Positions 37,636 to 49,845 of a DNA stretch of 64,000 bases are shown one piece after another; position 1 is the stretch's first letter; each line of letters begins with the position of its first letter. The stretch covers positions 47,618,001 to 47,682,000 of the forward strand of contig NC_086108.1 in assembly GCF_963921235.1 (NCBI RefSeq), written 5' to 3'. The position numbers were made by a program, and so were the translations under genes. Source of the DNA: Mobula hypostoma. Its lineage: Eukaryota. The notes beneath the pieces are model-generated. The model had not been told where the DNA came from, made no database searches, and saw only the letters and a program-made list of their open reading frames with translations.

Positions 37636-37934
37636 TATGTACAGAAGTGTGAGGCCATAGCTTCCTGAAAATGGTGACACAGGTGGATAGGGCAATTGGC
37701 ATGCTTGCCTTCAAATGCCACAGCACTGAGTATCAAAGTTGGACATCACATTACAGATGTACAAAGCTTTGGGTAGACTTTGAAGTACCGTATATAGTCC
37801 TGGTCGCCGTGCTATGGAAGGATGTGGTAGCAGTCAACTGGAATATCATGGCCTAATAGCTGTACTTTAGAGATTAATAAATGTTGGGTGTATTGTCTGT
37901 AATGAAGGAGACTGAGGGGTGATATTATAGATAA

Positions 37935-38480
37935 CCAGTTGCATATTGGGGACTGCTTCACCAAGCAGCTTCACTCCATCCACCATGCCAGCCATGATCT
38001 CCCAGTGGTCAGCCACATCTCTCTACAGCTTCTCCATAGCCAAGTCAAGGCTAACTGCAAATTAGAGGAACCATATTCCACCTCCAACCTGAGGACATGA
38101 ATGGTGAAATCTCAAACTTCCAGTAGTGCTTCCATCAGTCCCTTTTCCTCTTTCTTTTCTCTTTTTCTGATCCACCTAGTTGCCAACATGCTAGCAACAC
38201 ATAAAATGCTGGAGGAACTCAGTAGGCCAAGCATCATCTATGGAAAAAAGTATGGTTGCTTTTTGAGCTGAAACCCTTCCGCAGGGTTTCGGCCCAAAAC
38301 GTTGACTCTGCTTTTTTCCATAGATGCTGCCTGGCCTACTGAGTTGCTCCAGCATTTTGTGTGTGTTGCTCAGATTTTCAGCATCTGCAGATTTTCTCTT
38401 GTTTGCCAACATTTCCCCTTCCCCACCTTCTCCATCTGCCCATCACTCACATACTCCTCCCACTGGTTCCCCTACCCTTG
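37935..38480 (+). mobile_element. Old PLE GIY-YIG tail with a nested fold-back mini-element (~38190-38402)
   Basis: GATCTCCCAGTGG..TTAGAGGAAC..CTCCAACCTGA remnants. TSD TTGCCAACAT flanks the palindromic insert. Confidence 0.65.
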
Positions 38481-38738
38481 AGAACTTCTGTTACTGTTCT
38501 TAGATCTCTCTATGACTGAATACAGTCCATGAAGCTGATTTTATGGCATTTGTACTGACATTTAAGTTCAGAAATTGAAAGTCTGTTTTAGACCACAATG
38601 ATTTTTTGGTTCAGTAAGGAGTTGATAATATCCACCACAGTGGCCAGTCTATTGCCACAAGTCCAGAATAAAGGGAGGCAGCATTAAGCAAACATTGGAA
38701 CTAAGATTGTTGGGGATTTTGTTTGTTTCTTTACTTAG

Positions 38739-40104
38739 ATCAGCAGATTCAAGTGAAAAAAATAAATCCAAATCAGAGAAACACAAATATCACACTGCTT
38801 CATTGAAGTCATCATCATCTGATGATAAAAACACCAGGCACAAATTAAAACAAAAGAAGAAGCATAAGAAGCATTCACGAGAGGAAAGTAAGGAAAAAAA
38901 GCACCACAGTTCATCATCTACGAAACATGCAGCTGATACGTATGTCTCGGAAGCACAGCCAAATGAATTACAGAGATGTAAAAGATGTCAATCTTCCAAA
39001 TTTTGTAAACATTTATTTAAATGCGAAGCAAAGCTATCATCAGCAGAAGTAGATCCTGAGGTGCTGAAGACAAAAACATGTGGCCCTACATATGAAAACT
39101 TGCAAAATGATTTTCAATATTTTGTTAACAAAACATATTTTTTGAAAAAAGCTGAAGAGACTTGTGAGAGTGATATAACTAATCATTCGACAATAGAACC
39201 TACAGGGGCAGCAAGCAAACTTACTTCATATGATAAATCTAGAGATCTTTTAAAGGAATTTGAGAGTAAAGAACAAACAAAAAATTCTCCGGCGTTGCAA
39301 GATGAATCTAATTATTCAGATACAGTGCAAAATTCTGAAGGTTCCAGAGAAGTTCTGAAAAACATTGAAGAATTAGGTGGTTTCAAAAATAAATCTCACC
39401 ATATGAACTTGCATGAAAAGTCTAAAATATCTAAAAATGAGTTTGATGTGTGGAAAGTAACCAATGCACCTCTGAGACCTGTCAAAAATACAAATTTTAA
39501 TGATGGTTCAAAATTTCTTGAATCTAGTTTTTGGGAGAAATGTAACAAAATATCTAATTCCTTGCGAGTGCTCAGAAAAAAATCTAAAACTTTGGAACGG
39601 GTCAGAGATGAAACCAGCACTGAAAGAACGTCTTCCCATTTGACAAAATTCTCAAAAAAATCTGGTGATGATTTGAAACTGTCGGAGGTGAAAAAAGCCA
39701 ACATTTCAATTGAAGAATCAACAACCTCAGGAACAGATAACAGAGTGTTCAATCTCCCTAAAAGGCCATCTAATGATTCTAGAAGCACCAAATCAGTCAA
39801 TGAAGGAAAGGAAATTTTGGAATATTCACCAAAACATGAGGCTTCAAATTCTCAGCAATCCAGAATCTTTCAAAGAACTGAAATACTTACATTTTCATCG
39901 AAGAACTCTCAGAATGCTGAGCAATTGAAAATGACAAAACCTGAAAAAAAGTTTCAAAGTTTTAAAATTGCTAGACCCTGTGTCATCGATGCACTACCTC
40001 AAGCTGGGTCTAAAAAGTTATTAACTTCAGATGGGAAATCTTCGGACAATTCTACAAAATCTACCTCTCTACTGCAGAATCTCGTATTGGCCCCACAACA
40101 GCTG
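38739..40104 (+). CDS. SWT1: SWT1 coding exon 4 (1366 nt), large K/S/E-rich low-complexity region
   Basis: Uninterrupted frame within ORF 38695-40176. Acceptor ttacttAG (phase 2), donor CTG|GTAATG (phase 0). In frame with the downstream PIN exons. Confidence 0.88.
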
Positions 40105-40350
40105 GTAATGATACTTTACTGTCTTTATTTTGCCTCTTACACTATAATGTTTATTTGTGATTATATTAGTTTTTAAAAGGTTAATATAGTTAGAGGTAAG
40201 CAACAATGCCACTCAATGTACACTGGCAGATCATGATATTTTTCAGTGCTGCTCTTGTACACAAAAGAAATTAAAGCACCTCACAGAAGCAGCTCTTTAA
40301 GCAGACATTACTGTCTCATGATTCTTTTGCCTCACATTTATATTAAAGTA

Positions 40351-41922
40351 CAGTGCCTATAAAAAGTAATCCCCCCCCGCACATTTTCATGTTTTATTGT
40401 TTTACAACATTAAATCATAGTGGATTTAATTTGGCCTTTTTGACACTGATCAACAGAAAAGACTCTTTCATGTTAAAGTGAAAAAAATGTCTCCAAATTG
40501 GTCTAAATATATTACAGTTGTTAAACATTAAATAATAGATTCACCCCTTTAAAGTCAGTATTTAGTTGATGCACCTTTGTCAGCAATTACAACCTTGAGT
40601 CTGTGTGGATAGATCTTTACCAGCTTTGCACATCTGGACACTGCAATTTTTCCCCTGTTTTTCTTTACAAAACTGCGCAAAGTCTGTCAGATTGCATGGG
40701 GATTGCGAGTGAACAGCCCTTTCCAAGTCTAACCACAGATTCTCAATTGGATTGAGGTCTGGGCTCTGACTTGGCCACTCCTGGACATTAACTTTGTTGT
40801 TTTTAAGCCATTCCTGTGTAGTTTTGGCTTTATGCTTGGGGTCTTTGTCTTGCTGGAAAACAAATCTTCTCTCAAGTTGCAGTTCTCTTGCAGACTGCAT
40901 CAGGTTTTCCTCTAGGATTTCCCTGTGTTTTGCTGCATTCATTTTACCCTCTACCTTCACAAGCCTTCCAGGGTCTGATGCAGTGAAGCATCCTCATAAC
41001 GTGATGCAGACACCACCTTGCTTCACGGTAGGGATGGTGGGTTTTAGCTGTGTGGTGTTTGGCTTACGCCAAGCATAGCGTTTAGCCTGATGCCCAAAAA
41101 GCTCAATTTTAGTTTCATCAGACCATAGAACCTTCCTCCAGCTGTCTTCAGAGTTTCCCACATGCCTTCTGGCAAACTCTAGCTGAGATTTCATGTGAGT
41201 TTTTTACCAGCAGTGTCTTTCTCTTTGCCAGTCTCCCATAAAGCTGTGACTGGTGAAGCACCCGGGCAACAGTTGTATACGCAGTTTCTCCCGTCTCAGC
41301 CACTGAAGTTTGTAACTCCTCCAGAGTTGTCGTAGGTCTCTTAGTGGCCTCCCCCCTTGCACTGTCATTCAGTTTTTGAGGATGGCCTACTCTAGACAGA
41401 TTTACAGCTGTGCCATATTCTTTCCATTTCTTGATGACTTAACTGTACTCCAAAGGGTATTTAGTGACTTGGAGATTTTCTTGTATCCAGCTCCTGACTT
41501 GTGCTTTTCAATAATCTTTTCACGGAGTTGCTTGGAGTGTTCTTTTGTCTTCATGGTGTAGTTTTTGCCGGGATACTGACTCACCAGCAGTTGGACCTTC
41601 CAGGTACAGGTGTATTTTTGCTACAATCAATTGAAACACCTTGACTGCACATGGTGATCTCTATTTAATTAATTATGACTTCTATAACCAATTGGCTGCA
41701 CCAGTGATGATTTGCTGTGTCATACTTATGCAATTAATTATTTTGTGCTTTATATTTGTAGTTAATTTAGATCACTTTGTAGAGATCTGTTTTCACTTTG
41801 ACACAAGAGTTCTGTTGATCGGTGTCCAAAAAAAAGCCAAATTAAATCCACTGTGATTCAATGTTGTAAAACAGTAAAACACGCAAACTTCCAAAGGGGA
41901 TAAATACTTTTTATAGATACTG
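40351..41922 (-). mobile_element. Full-length Tc1-like DNA transposon (1572 bp), transposase frameshifted
   Basis: TA flanks on both sides, ~200-bp TIRs starting CAGTGCCTATAAAAAGT. Transposase pieces MKTKEHSKQLREKI..GYKKISK, VLWSDETKIELFG, FQQDKDPKH, WPSQSPDLNPIENLW. Confidence 0.95.
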
Positions 41923-42284
41923 TACATTTGATTTTCTGTACATTTAGTGGTTATAATGGAAACAATACTATGGATTGAATAAATATGCCTGCTTTATTTG
42001 CATTGTAATTTGTTGTAATTAAACAGGAAAGGATGTAAATATTCAGAAGATCAGTCAGTGCCAGTAGATATGTAAATGGAATTAATATTTCAGATGATAA
42101 CTTTTTGTTAGAAATGATAAAAATAACACTAATCAGTTATAACTGATGAGAGGTCATTAATCTGAAATAGTAACTCCACTCATCCCATGCATTGCTTGGC
42201 TTGCTGAATATTTACTGTTTTTAGTATCTTAGTATTCTATCTTATGTAGTATTTTACTGTTCATCATTTTTCAATTCCCTGAAG

Positions 42285-42350
42285 GATTCTCAGATAACAA
42301 GTGAATTTACCACTTTACTAAATGATGCAGATATGGATACTGATCAAAAG
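42285..42350 (+). CDS. SWT1: SWT1 coding exon 5 (66 nt): DSQITSEFTTLLNDADMDTDQK
   Basis: Acceptor ccctgaAG, donor AAG|GTGGGT, phase 0-0. The join gives D.DQ(K)-MEI, as in SWT1 DQEMQI. Confidence 0.8.
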
Positions 42351-45112
42351 GTGGGTGTTGCTTGATTTAAAATTAAAATCAGTTCATGGCTGGAGGCTTT
42401 GAATATATTAATTCCACTGATTTTAACAAAACACTTTAAGTCTGTTATTTATAGATTGCCATGTCTTAAGTGAGCAAATCCCCACACATTCACTTTTGAT
42501 GCTCAGAAAATTATTGTGGTTAAAGTAATTAAAACTTTAAAAAAAATTTAAATCAAATTGATGATTGCTTGAACTGTTACCTGTAGAAGATGTGAGGACA
42601 ATCATTAATTTCTGTACTCTGTTTCAGATTTGTGCCTGTATTCAAATAGGCTCTTATTCACACATTTAAATCTGAAACAATTTAGCCCTTGACTTCTGCA
42701 GTAAAATATATGACACCTTTTGTTTTATATCTGAGGAGTATAAATGACTGCAGTTGATATTCTCAAGTAGTCATTGTTTCAATTGCTTTTTAATTTTGCT
42801 TGGCAATTTTACAGCTAGGTGAATACGAAGGAAATTTGCAGGTTGTATATATTTAATGTAAGAAGTCCTAATATAAATCAGGAACACAATGGAAAAAAAT
42901 TGTGTCTTGAAAAGAATCTCTCGTAGGAGATGCATCATTGCAAGGATTTCTGCCCCATCAGAAAAAAAAATCTGCAACTCCCTCCCCATCATATAGCAAA
43001 TTAGCAAGTTTATCTTGCTGATCTTCCAGTTGTATATCAGCTACACATTAATAAATGGTCTCAGCCTGAAACATCAACTGTTTATTCCTCTCCATATATG
43101 CTTCCTGAGTGCTGGGTTCCTCCAGCATTTTGTGTTTTGCTCAAGATTTTGTACATCTGCAGTATCTGTTTTGTTTAGAATGTGTACTATATTTTCTTAT
43201 ATTATTCACAATTGATCTTCAGTTTGAAGTCATGCGGCATTTTCAGGCTGCCTCCAGCACATCCTCAGACTCCGTTGGTCGTTGGTGTAGGTCACACATT
43301 TCATTGAATGTTATGATGTTTTGATGTCTATGTAAAAACAAAAATTAATCTTTATAAATTGTTAATCTTTAACTTTTCATCCTTCCTTGGTAGATTAAAC
43401 TTGCACTTCTGGCATCATTCAGTGTGATGGCTGGTCGCATAAATCAGGATACATTTCTTTAAGACTGAATCTATTTCCTGTTCAGTTCTTCTTTTGCAGT
43501 GATACGTAACTTGGCTTTGTGAATGGATACAAATTTATTTGTCATTGTATACCATTGTGAGTCAGTGATGATCTGGAGTTACCTAGTAACCCTATTGTTG
43601 AACTCAAATAATAATCATGTTCTAATTTCTTTTTGTTTAGTTTTGAAGTTTCATGTATATTTTTGTTTAGATATCAGTGACCAAGGTAATTAGATAATAT
43701 TGTATGACTTATATACAGTTGTGTATACTGTGTATGGGACAAAAATGAAGTTAAATAGAATTAATCTACAGTTGGACAATATATCCAAGGTATGCTCATC
43801 TATTTTAATTGCTCTATGAAGTAACTGTTATGTCTGATCATCCCTAATTTATCTACTTACTAATAGCAGCTATGCTTTTAGATACCAAGGCCTTAAATTT
43901 AGGAACAACTTTGTTAAGCTTCACTACTCTAATACACAATCCTCCATTTCAAAATATTTGGTGAAATCTACTTCAGCTGTTCCATTTCATCTTTTTGTGG
44001 CTTGGTGCTAAATTTTGTTTATAAATACTCCTGGAATGCTTTGCTATGTTAAAGGTACTTTTATAAGTACAAGTCAATTTTGAGTTGGTTGTAAAATTGA
44101 GACAGTCATGAATGACTTGATGGAACAATGCAATGTTGTCAACTGTGCAAAATTAAATATTAATCTAAGCTCAATTTTCAGTTCAGTGAAATTTGTCTGA
44201 TTTAAAATTTTGAATCCAATTTTAGTTTAAAGAAGTTTTAATTTAAATAGGCAAATTATTCCACACTAAAGGGCAAATTGGTTGCAACTTGGCTCTAAGA
44301 GTTCATTATATAACATCCAATAAAATGTGGCGTTAGTCAGAGGCACCCTCCACGGTGTGTAATCTTGGAAATATTTGTGTTATCTGGGGCTCCTCAGAAT
44401 GAAGAGGTCTACAGATATAACAGTCTTATTCATGATAGATAAATTGATTAAGATTCCATTTGTTAAACAAAAAGTAATTGTAAGTATGTTCCCCAGTTTC
44501 TATGATCTTTAAAAGATTTTTTTAAAAGAGGAGCAGCTTGTTTGAATTATTTTAACATTTAATTCCCATCATTTATTAACCAAGAGGCACTTGTAAGAAA
44601 TTAACATTAGAAACCAATTGGACATCTTTTCTTTTGATTTTAAACTACTCCTTCAGCTTCTGTGATTCTGATGGCCATTCTAATGCAAAATTTTTTGGTT
44701 GATTACCTTGTATCATGTTTTTAAAATGGATCAGTATGCTTGTTGGAAATATAAACACTAATTATGTGAAGTCTATTTAAAACAAAGGGCATTGTTTAGC
44801 AAATGTAATTAAAATGTTCATACCGTTATTTATTTTTCCTCACTGACAACCTTAACATTTGGAAAGTTTAATGCTTGGCTATTAGTCAGTTTGGTGCTTT
44901 GTTTTCATATGCTTGGTATTAAGTAGAAGAATATATTTTAGACCATGGAACAATGTTATTATATAAATATGTATTAATTTAGGTTTTATTAAAGTTACAA
45001 AAATTATCATTTTAAAAATTTAGCAGTTGAATTCCTACCAAATGTCATATTTGCATGAATTTTAGTCTGGATCCATTTGCAGCGCTAAAAGATTTTGGTT
45101 TTCCCTTTGAAG

Positions 45113-45239
45113 ATGGAAATAACAGAAGAGCTGCAAACAGCTCGTTATGAAAAAGTTTTGGAGGTAGAACTGGGGCAGAGCTACGGAGAATTGACGAGTA
45201 TGGAGATAGATCCACCAGAGGAAGTTAAAACATTCTTGT
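45113..45239 (+). CDS. SWT1: SWT1 coding exon 6 (127 nt): MEITEELQTARYEKVLEVELGQSYGELTSMEIDPPEEVKTFL
   Basis: Acceptor ccctttgaAG, donor GTAAGT, phase 0 to 1. Resembles SWT1 MQIVEELHAAR..GELMSMEID. Confidence 0.92.
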
Positions 45240-45579
45240 GTAAGTATATTTTTGCAATTTTTTTTTCCTTCTTCATCTTTGTCAACCATTTTCTGGAATG
45301 ATGTTTATATTGATGACCATGCCTCTTAAAAGATCCTTTTATTGTAAACTGAGTATTTCACCTCTGATTAGAAGATGGTTTCATACAAGTTGACTGGACA
45401 TTTTGTAGTACTTCCAAGTATGTATTAATGTTGGCTCCCATTGTGCACAGTGTTGCTTAGCCCCAGCAGGCTTAGCAATACAGGGGATGGGCCAGAACCT
45501 TTCAAAAGTTGGTTTGCAAATATTGACTTGCCCAAAAAGGTAACTGTTAAGGTAAGAGCTTGAATCAAATAAAGAGAAG

Positions 45580-46190
45580 GCATGCAAGTGCGGAGAAACC
45601 TTTTGGAGCAGCCAGTTTGAAAGCGGCTGTGTTTAAGCTCTGAATGCTCTGTTTGTGGTCAAAATGCTGACATTTTTTCTGTGAGGCTTTGGTGAAGAGG
45701 CGGAACAAAGTAAGGTCTTTTAACTTTAATCTTCAGATTTATTGCAGTTGGGATGGCAGTTAGGGCTTGTCAAGCAGGATGTGGGAGGTTGGGGAGGTTT
45801 CCAGTGTCCCTGCTAACTTCACCTGAGGGAAGTATGCCCACCCTACGCGTATATAAAATCTCAACAACCATGGATGGTGTGAATGTGCATGGTCTTTTTC
45901 CCAGGATTGGGGAATCAAGAACCAGATGACATAGAATTAAGGTGAGAGGGGAAGGAATTAATAAGAACCTGAGGGTCAACGCTTTCACCTAGAGAATGGG
46001 CTGTTCATAGAATAAGTTAACAAATGAAGTGGATGAAGTGGGTGCATCAACAACATTTAAAAAGCACGGGACAAGCACGTGACTAGGAAAGAGAGTGATG
46101 TGGACCAAATGCAGGCAACTGAATATAAGTCAGCTAATCTCTTGATCAGCATAAACTACTTGAGCTGATGGGCCTGTTTCTGACTCTACT
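45580..46190 (+). mobile_element. CR1 fragments (5'-like segment joined to a 3' end)
   Basis: 3' part has CR1-like GGATGGTGTGAATG..AAGGTGAGAGGGGAA and GATGGGCCTGTTTC. Confidence 0.55.
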
Positions 46191-46420
46191 TATTTTTCTA
46201 GGTACAATTTGTTAATAGTCCAGTGTGAATGATTAGGTTTACATAGGGAGTTTTCAAGAAATTTGGCCACCAGGTTAACTGATATTTTTATTGAGCTCGC
46301 TTAGCCCCAGTTTATTTGTAACCCTAATGTTCCTAAGTTAATTGTTTGAAAGTTAACTTGATCCAAATTAAAGGGAGTTTTCAGGAAATTTTGGCTGTAT
46401 TTGTGTTGAAATTACTGGTA

Positions 46421-47166
46421 CAGGTTGAATACCCCGTTCCAAAATTCCAACATCCAAATTTTTTATTTTGAGTGCTGAGATTATGTCACAAATAGAACAT
46501 TCCACAAGACCCTAGGAGGGTTTCCAAGTGATACACAGGTCTCTGTGCACCAACAGAAGTTAGTGAAAAATAGAAAAACACTGCATAAAGTGAAAAATTA
46601 AGATCTCAATTGTATATCGTCAGCATCAGAGGAGACATATGCCGCTTAATGGTGTGCTGATCATGAAACAAGCAAACATCTATCATTATGAACTGAAAAT
46701 TGAAGGTAATTTCTAGTTGCAGAAAGTTATGAAAAGGATTGCATTACATTTTTAAAGCATCTGCTGATCATGAAAATTTAGCACCAGAACAAGTCTGTGA
46801 TGCTGATTGCTTTTATACCTTACATGAAACATTAAAAAAGTAAAATATAAAGTGCACTGTAATCTTCTGATCAAAGCACAGCATCGTAGGTGGAGACATA
46901 AACCTGCCATTGTTTATTGTTCAACAGCTGATTCAAGTACGCTGCTTTTATTACCCTGCACACATTATATTTCCATTTTATTAATAGTATGTAATTTTTC
47001 CTGTTAAGCACACAGGATGATGAACAAGTGTAAGACAAAAGACTGCTTACAGGTAGCACATAAATTCAGAATTTGTAATGATGGCGATCCCAAGATATCT
47101 CAGAAAAAATCCAAAATCCTAAACACTTCGGGTCCCAAGGGTTTCAGATAAGGGGTATACAATCTG
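46421..47166. mobile_element. Tigger/MER2-group non-autonomous DNA transposon
   Basis: TA|CAGGTTGAATACCCC ... GGGGTATACAATCTG|TA, imperfect TIRs with TA TSD. Confidence 0.75.
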
Positions 47167-47403
47167 TAATTGTATTTTGGCATGATAAGGCTTCATCTTG
47201 AATGGGACTTGATTCCATATTAGCTGTTTGCAGGGCAGTAATGGTAGAGGTTTCCACAATTGGATGTATAGTTTTAGAAAATATAAAGAACCACAATGTA
47301 GGAACTCAAATATTTGCTGTGCACTGTAACTGTGGAGGTTTACCTTAAACTCAGATGCATTACCTAATTTTCCTTTCTTTTTAAATTGTTTCTGATTGTC
47401 TAG

Positions 47404-47505
47404 CCCAATCAATTCCCCAGCCTGATATTCTCCTTGTGTTGGATACCAATATTTTTATCAGTCACCTTAACTTTATTGTGAATTTGAGAGACCACGGAGT
47501 TTCAG
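47404..47505 (+). CDS. SWT1: SWT1 coding exon 7 (102 nt), start of PIN domain: (S)QSIPQPDILLVLDTNIFISHLNFIVNLRDHGVS(G)
   Basis: Acceptor tctAG, donor GTTAGT, phase 1-1. Contains the PIN motif VLDTN. Confidence 0.93.
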
Positions 47506-48217
47506 GTTAGTAAATAAAAGTTCATTATGAAAATGCATGAAAACAAAACTGGTATCGATGATTTCAGGGTGAGAGACATGAAAAATATTTTGAATACTTA
47601 AGGAATTGTTGAGGCCAAAGCATCAAAATTGGGTCTGCTGTAATTTTTTAATATTTGGAACTTGTAATCCAATTTGGAAATCAAAGCATTTTCATGCAGG
47701 CTTAAATCAAAAGTACCAATAATACCAATCTAATAAGGTATAACAAATACTTGCATACTGATACTGATCCAGCTGTATTTTCCACATTTAAATTTTATCT
47801 TAATCAGTAGCATTTGCAATTCAGTAATGAGGTAAAAATTTGTATATTTGAAAATAATTATATAGGTCATCAATGTGTTTTGTGGTTGAAGTAGCGATGG
47901 CATTTCATGATAGAAATTTTATTTTTGGTTTGGTCATACAATTATATTGATTCAAAACTCAATGTTTTGAGTAACTTATGGAGATTTGTAAGTAGGCACT
48001 CTAGGAAGAGTTGCTGAATTTTAAACGGATAAATTTGCTGTTATGGGAAACTAATATTTAACACAGTAATCACTCTTGTAGTTCTCTGCATGTATGGGAT
48101 GGATGCCACTGCTGTTGATTATTTCAATGATAAAGATGTAGGAGATATTTCCTTTAAATTATTGCGATTCACAGTGTGTATGCAGTGTAACTATATAATT
48201 AATTTCTACAATTACAG

Positions 48218-48406
48218 GTGTTGGTTTCCCAATCTTAGTTATCCCATGGGTTGTGCTCCAGGAACTGGATTCCTTAAAGAATGGAAAGCTATCTGGAGGT
48301 GTCAATCGCAAAGCTGTACCTGCTGTACATTTTGTTTATTCCTGCTTCAAAGGTCGGCATCCACACGTATGGGGCCAATCTATGCAGCAAGCAGCTCAAA
48401 AATTCT
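48218..48406 (+). CDS. SWT1: SWT1 coding exon 8 (189 nt), PIN domain: (G)VGFPILVIPWVVLQELDSLKNGKLSGGVNRKAVPAVHFVYSCFKGRHPHVWGQSMQQAAQKF
   Basis: Acceptor attacAG, donor GTAAGT, phase 1-1. Resembles SWT1 IIPWVVMQELD..KAIPAVHFI..LWGQS. Confidence 0.95.
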
Positions 48407-49287
48407 GTAAGTAGAAGTATAATCATTGTATCTGACACTGACCTCTAGGTCATTAGTGAATAAGAAAGAAAAATAAGTTTCAAGTTTACCTTGTAGTTTA
48501 TTATAAGCCAATTTACTGTTATCAAAAACAATCAGAAAATACTACATTTTTTATTCTCGTTACACATCACTGTCCTATTCACTGCTTTTATGTCACTGCT
48601 CTCACATTTTATGTAACATTCATTTTCCGGCAGTTTTACCATTTTCTTATCTGAAGCCATTTGAATACTGTTGGTGTTTGGATCCTTAACTGGTCACATT
48701 CCAAACCTTGCTTAGTAGGCAATTTTGATGTGTAAGCGAAGGTGATATCAATCTATAGATTACTTGGAAGTGAAGGAGAAAAGAAACGGGCTAAATTGTG
48801 TCCTTGCCTGACATGCAGTTGCAAACAATTACTGAGCAGAAATTGTTAGTCTGCACGTGGATTGAAATGCTTTAATTAAAAATGTTAAATCTTCTGAAAA
48901 AAGTTATGAAGTAATTTATTAATAGATATATTTTCATTTGTTAGTTAACATTTGCAGAGTTTTAAATCTTTCACTATTTTCCCAGTGACTGGGCTTGGTT
49001 GTTTTGTCTGCTCTCATTACATATGAAGAGTGTGTTTGGTTTCACTTTAAAATATGTATATGTGCGTCTGGCCAGTAGTGAGGCAACTATGATTTGATTT
49101 GTATGTTTGTTTCACTGTAGAGCACAGTTACTTTAGTTTTAAATTGTTGAAAATGCAGTTATAGTGATTTAAAGGAAGCTTGAGGTTTAGATAATTTAAA
49201 AATTTATTTTATTGCCAGGTGCATTTTCTATTGAATAAAGGGCAGCATAATTGATGAAAAATATTTATTGTCGATTCCTTTCGTTTA

Positions 49288-49845
49288 TGTGTCTGTTTGT
49301 CCATCGTCGTTAATGAGGACCTCGACACCGTTATGATGGTGTCGAGACTAGCGCTTGATTTGGATTTAAGTGAGGGAGAGTTGCGCAACGTCAGCCTCAC
49401 TCTCTCTTCCCAATTCCCATCTGGATCCAGTGGCAAGACAGAGTCTAGACGGCTGGAGATGGGACTAGGTGCAGTGGATGACCAGGACATCTTTTGTGTT
49501 TTGTCCTGCTCTACACTTTCCACGATGCTTGCAGAGACCGCTTTCTTGATCATTGGACCTTCCATTGGTCTTGTCCGCTCAATCCGCCAGAGTCTGTCTT
49601 CACATGCTGGGATAGACAACTCCCTATCTCACCGAGGGTTTGAGACCTGTTGGCTACCCTCACCTGGTTTAGCCGGCTTGTCGAAGCCGTTGCCCGGGAT
49701 GTGGCCGCTGTCGCATGCAAACAGCTACGGGGGGCCACAGGTGAGAGCTGAGTGCCAGGTGGGGACCAAAGGTGAACTAACCGCCTTGAAAAGGATGCAA
49801 CATCTTCCCCCATCAGAGGTGCTACCCCTCCCTGACGCCCCATAT
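49288..49845 (-). mobile_element. CpG-rich (young) non-autonomous retroelement, RTE-related by resemblance
   Basis: GC/CpG-rich block in an AT-rich intron, stem-loop CTCGACACC..GGTGTCGAG at 49321-49346, related copy at ~25400-25830. Confidence 0.55.

Noticed and set aside
38695..40176. 493-aa ORF as a standalone gene with signal peptide and C-terminal hydrophobic tail
   Set aside because: The hydrophobic ends are translated intron sequence (polypyrimidine tract and post-donor). The core is SWT1 exon 38739-40104.
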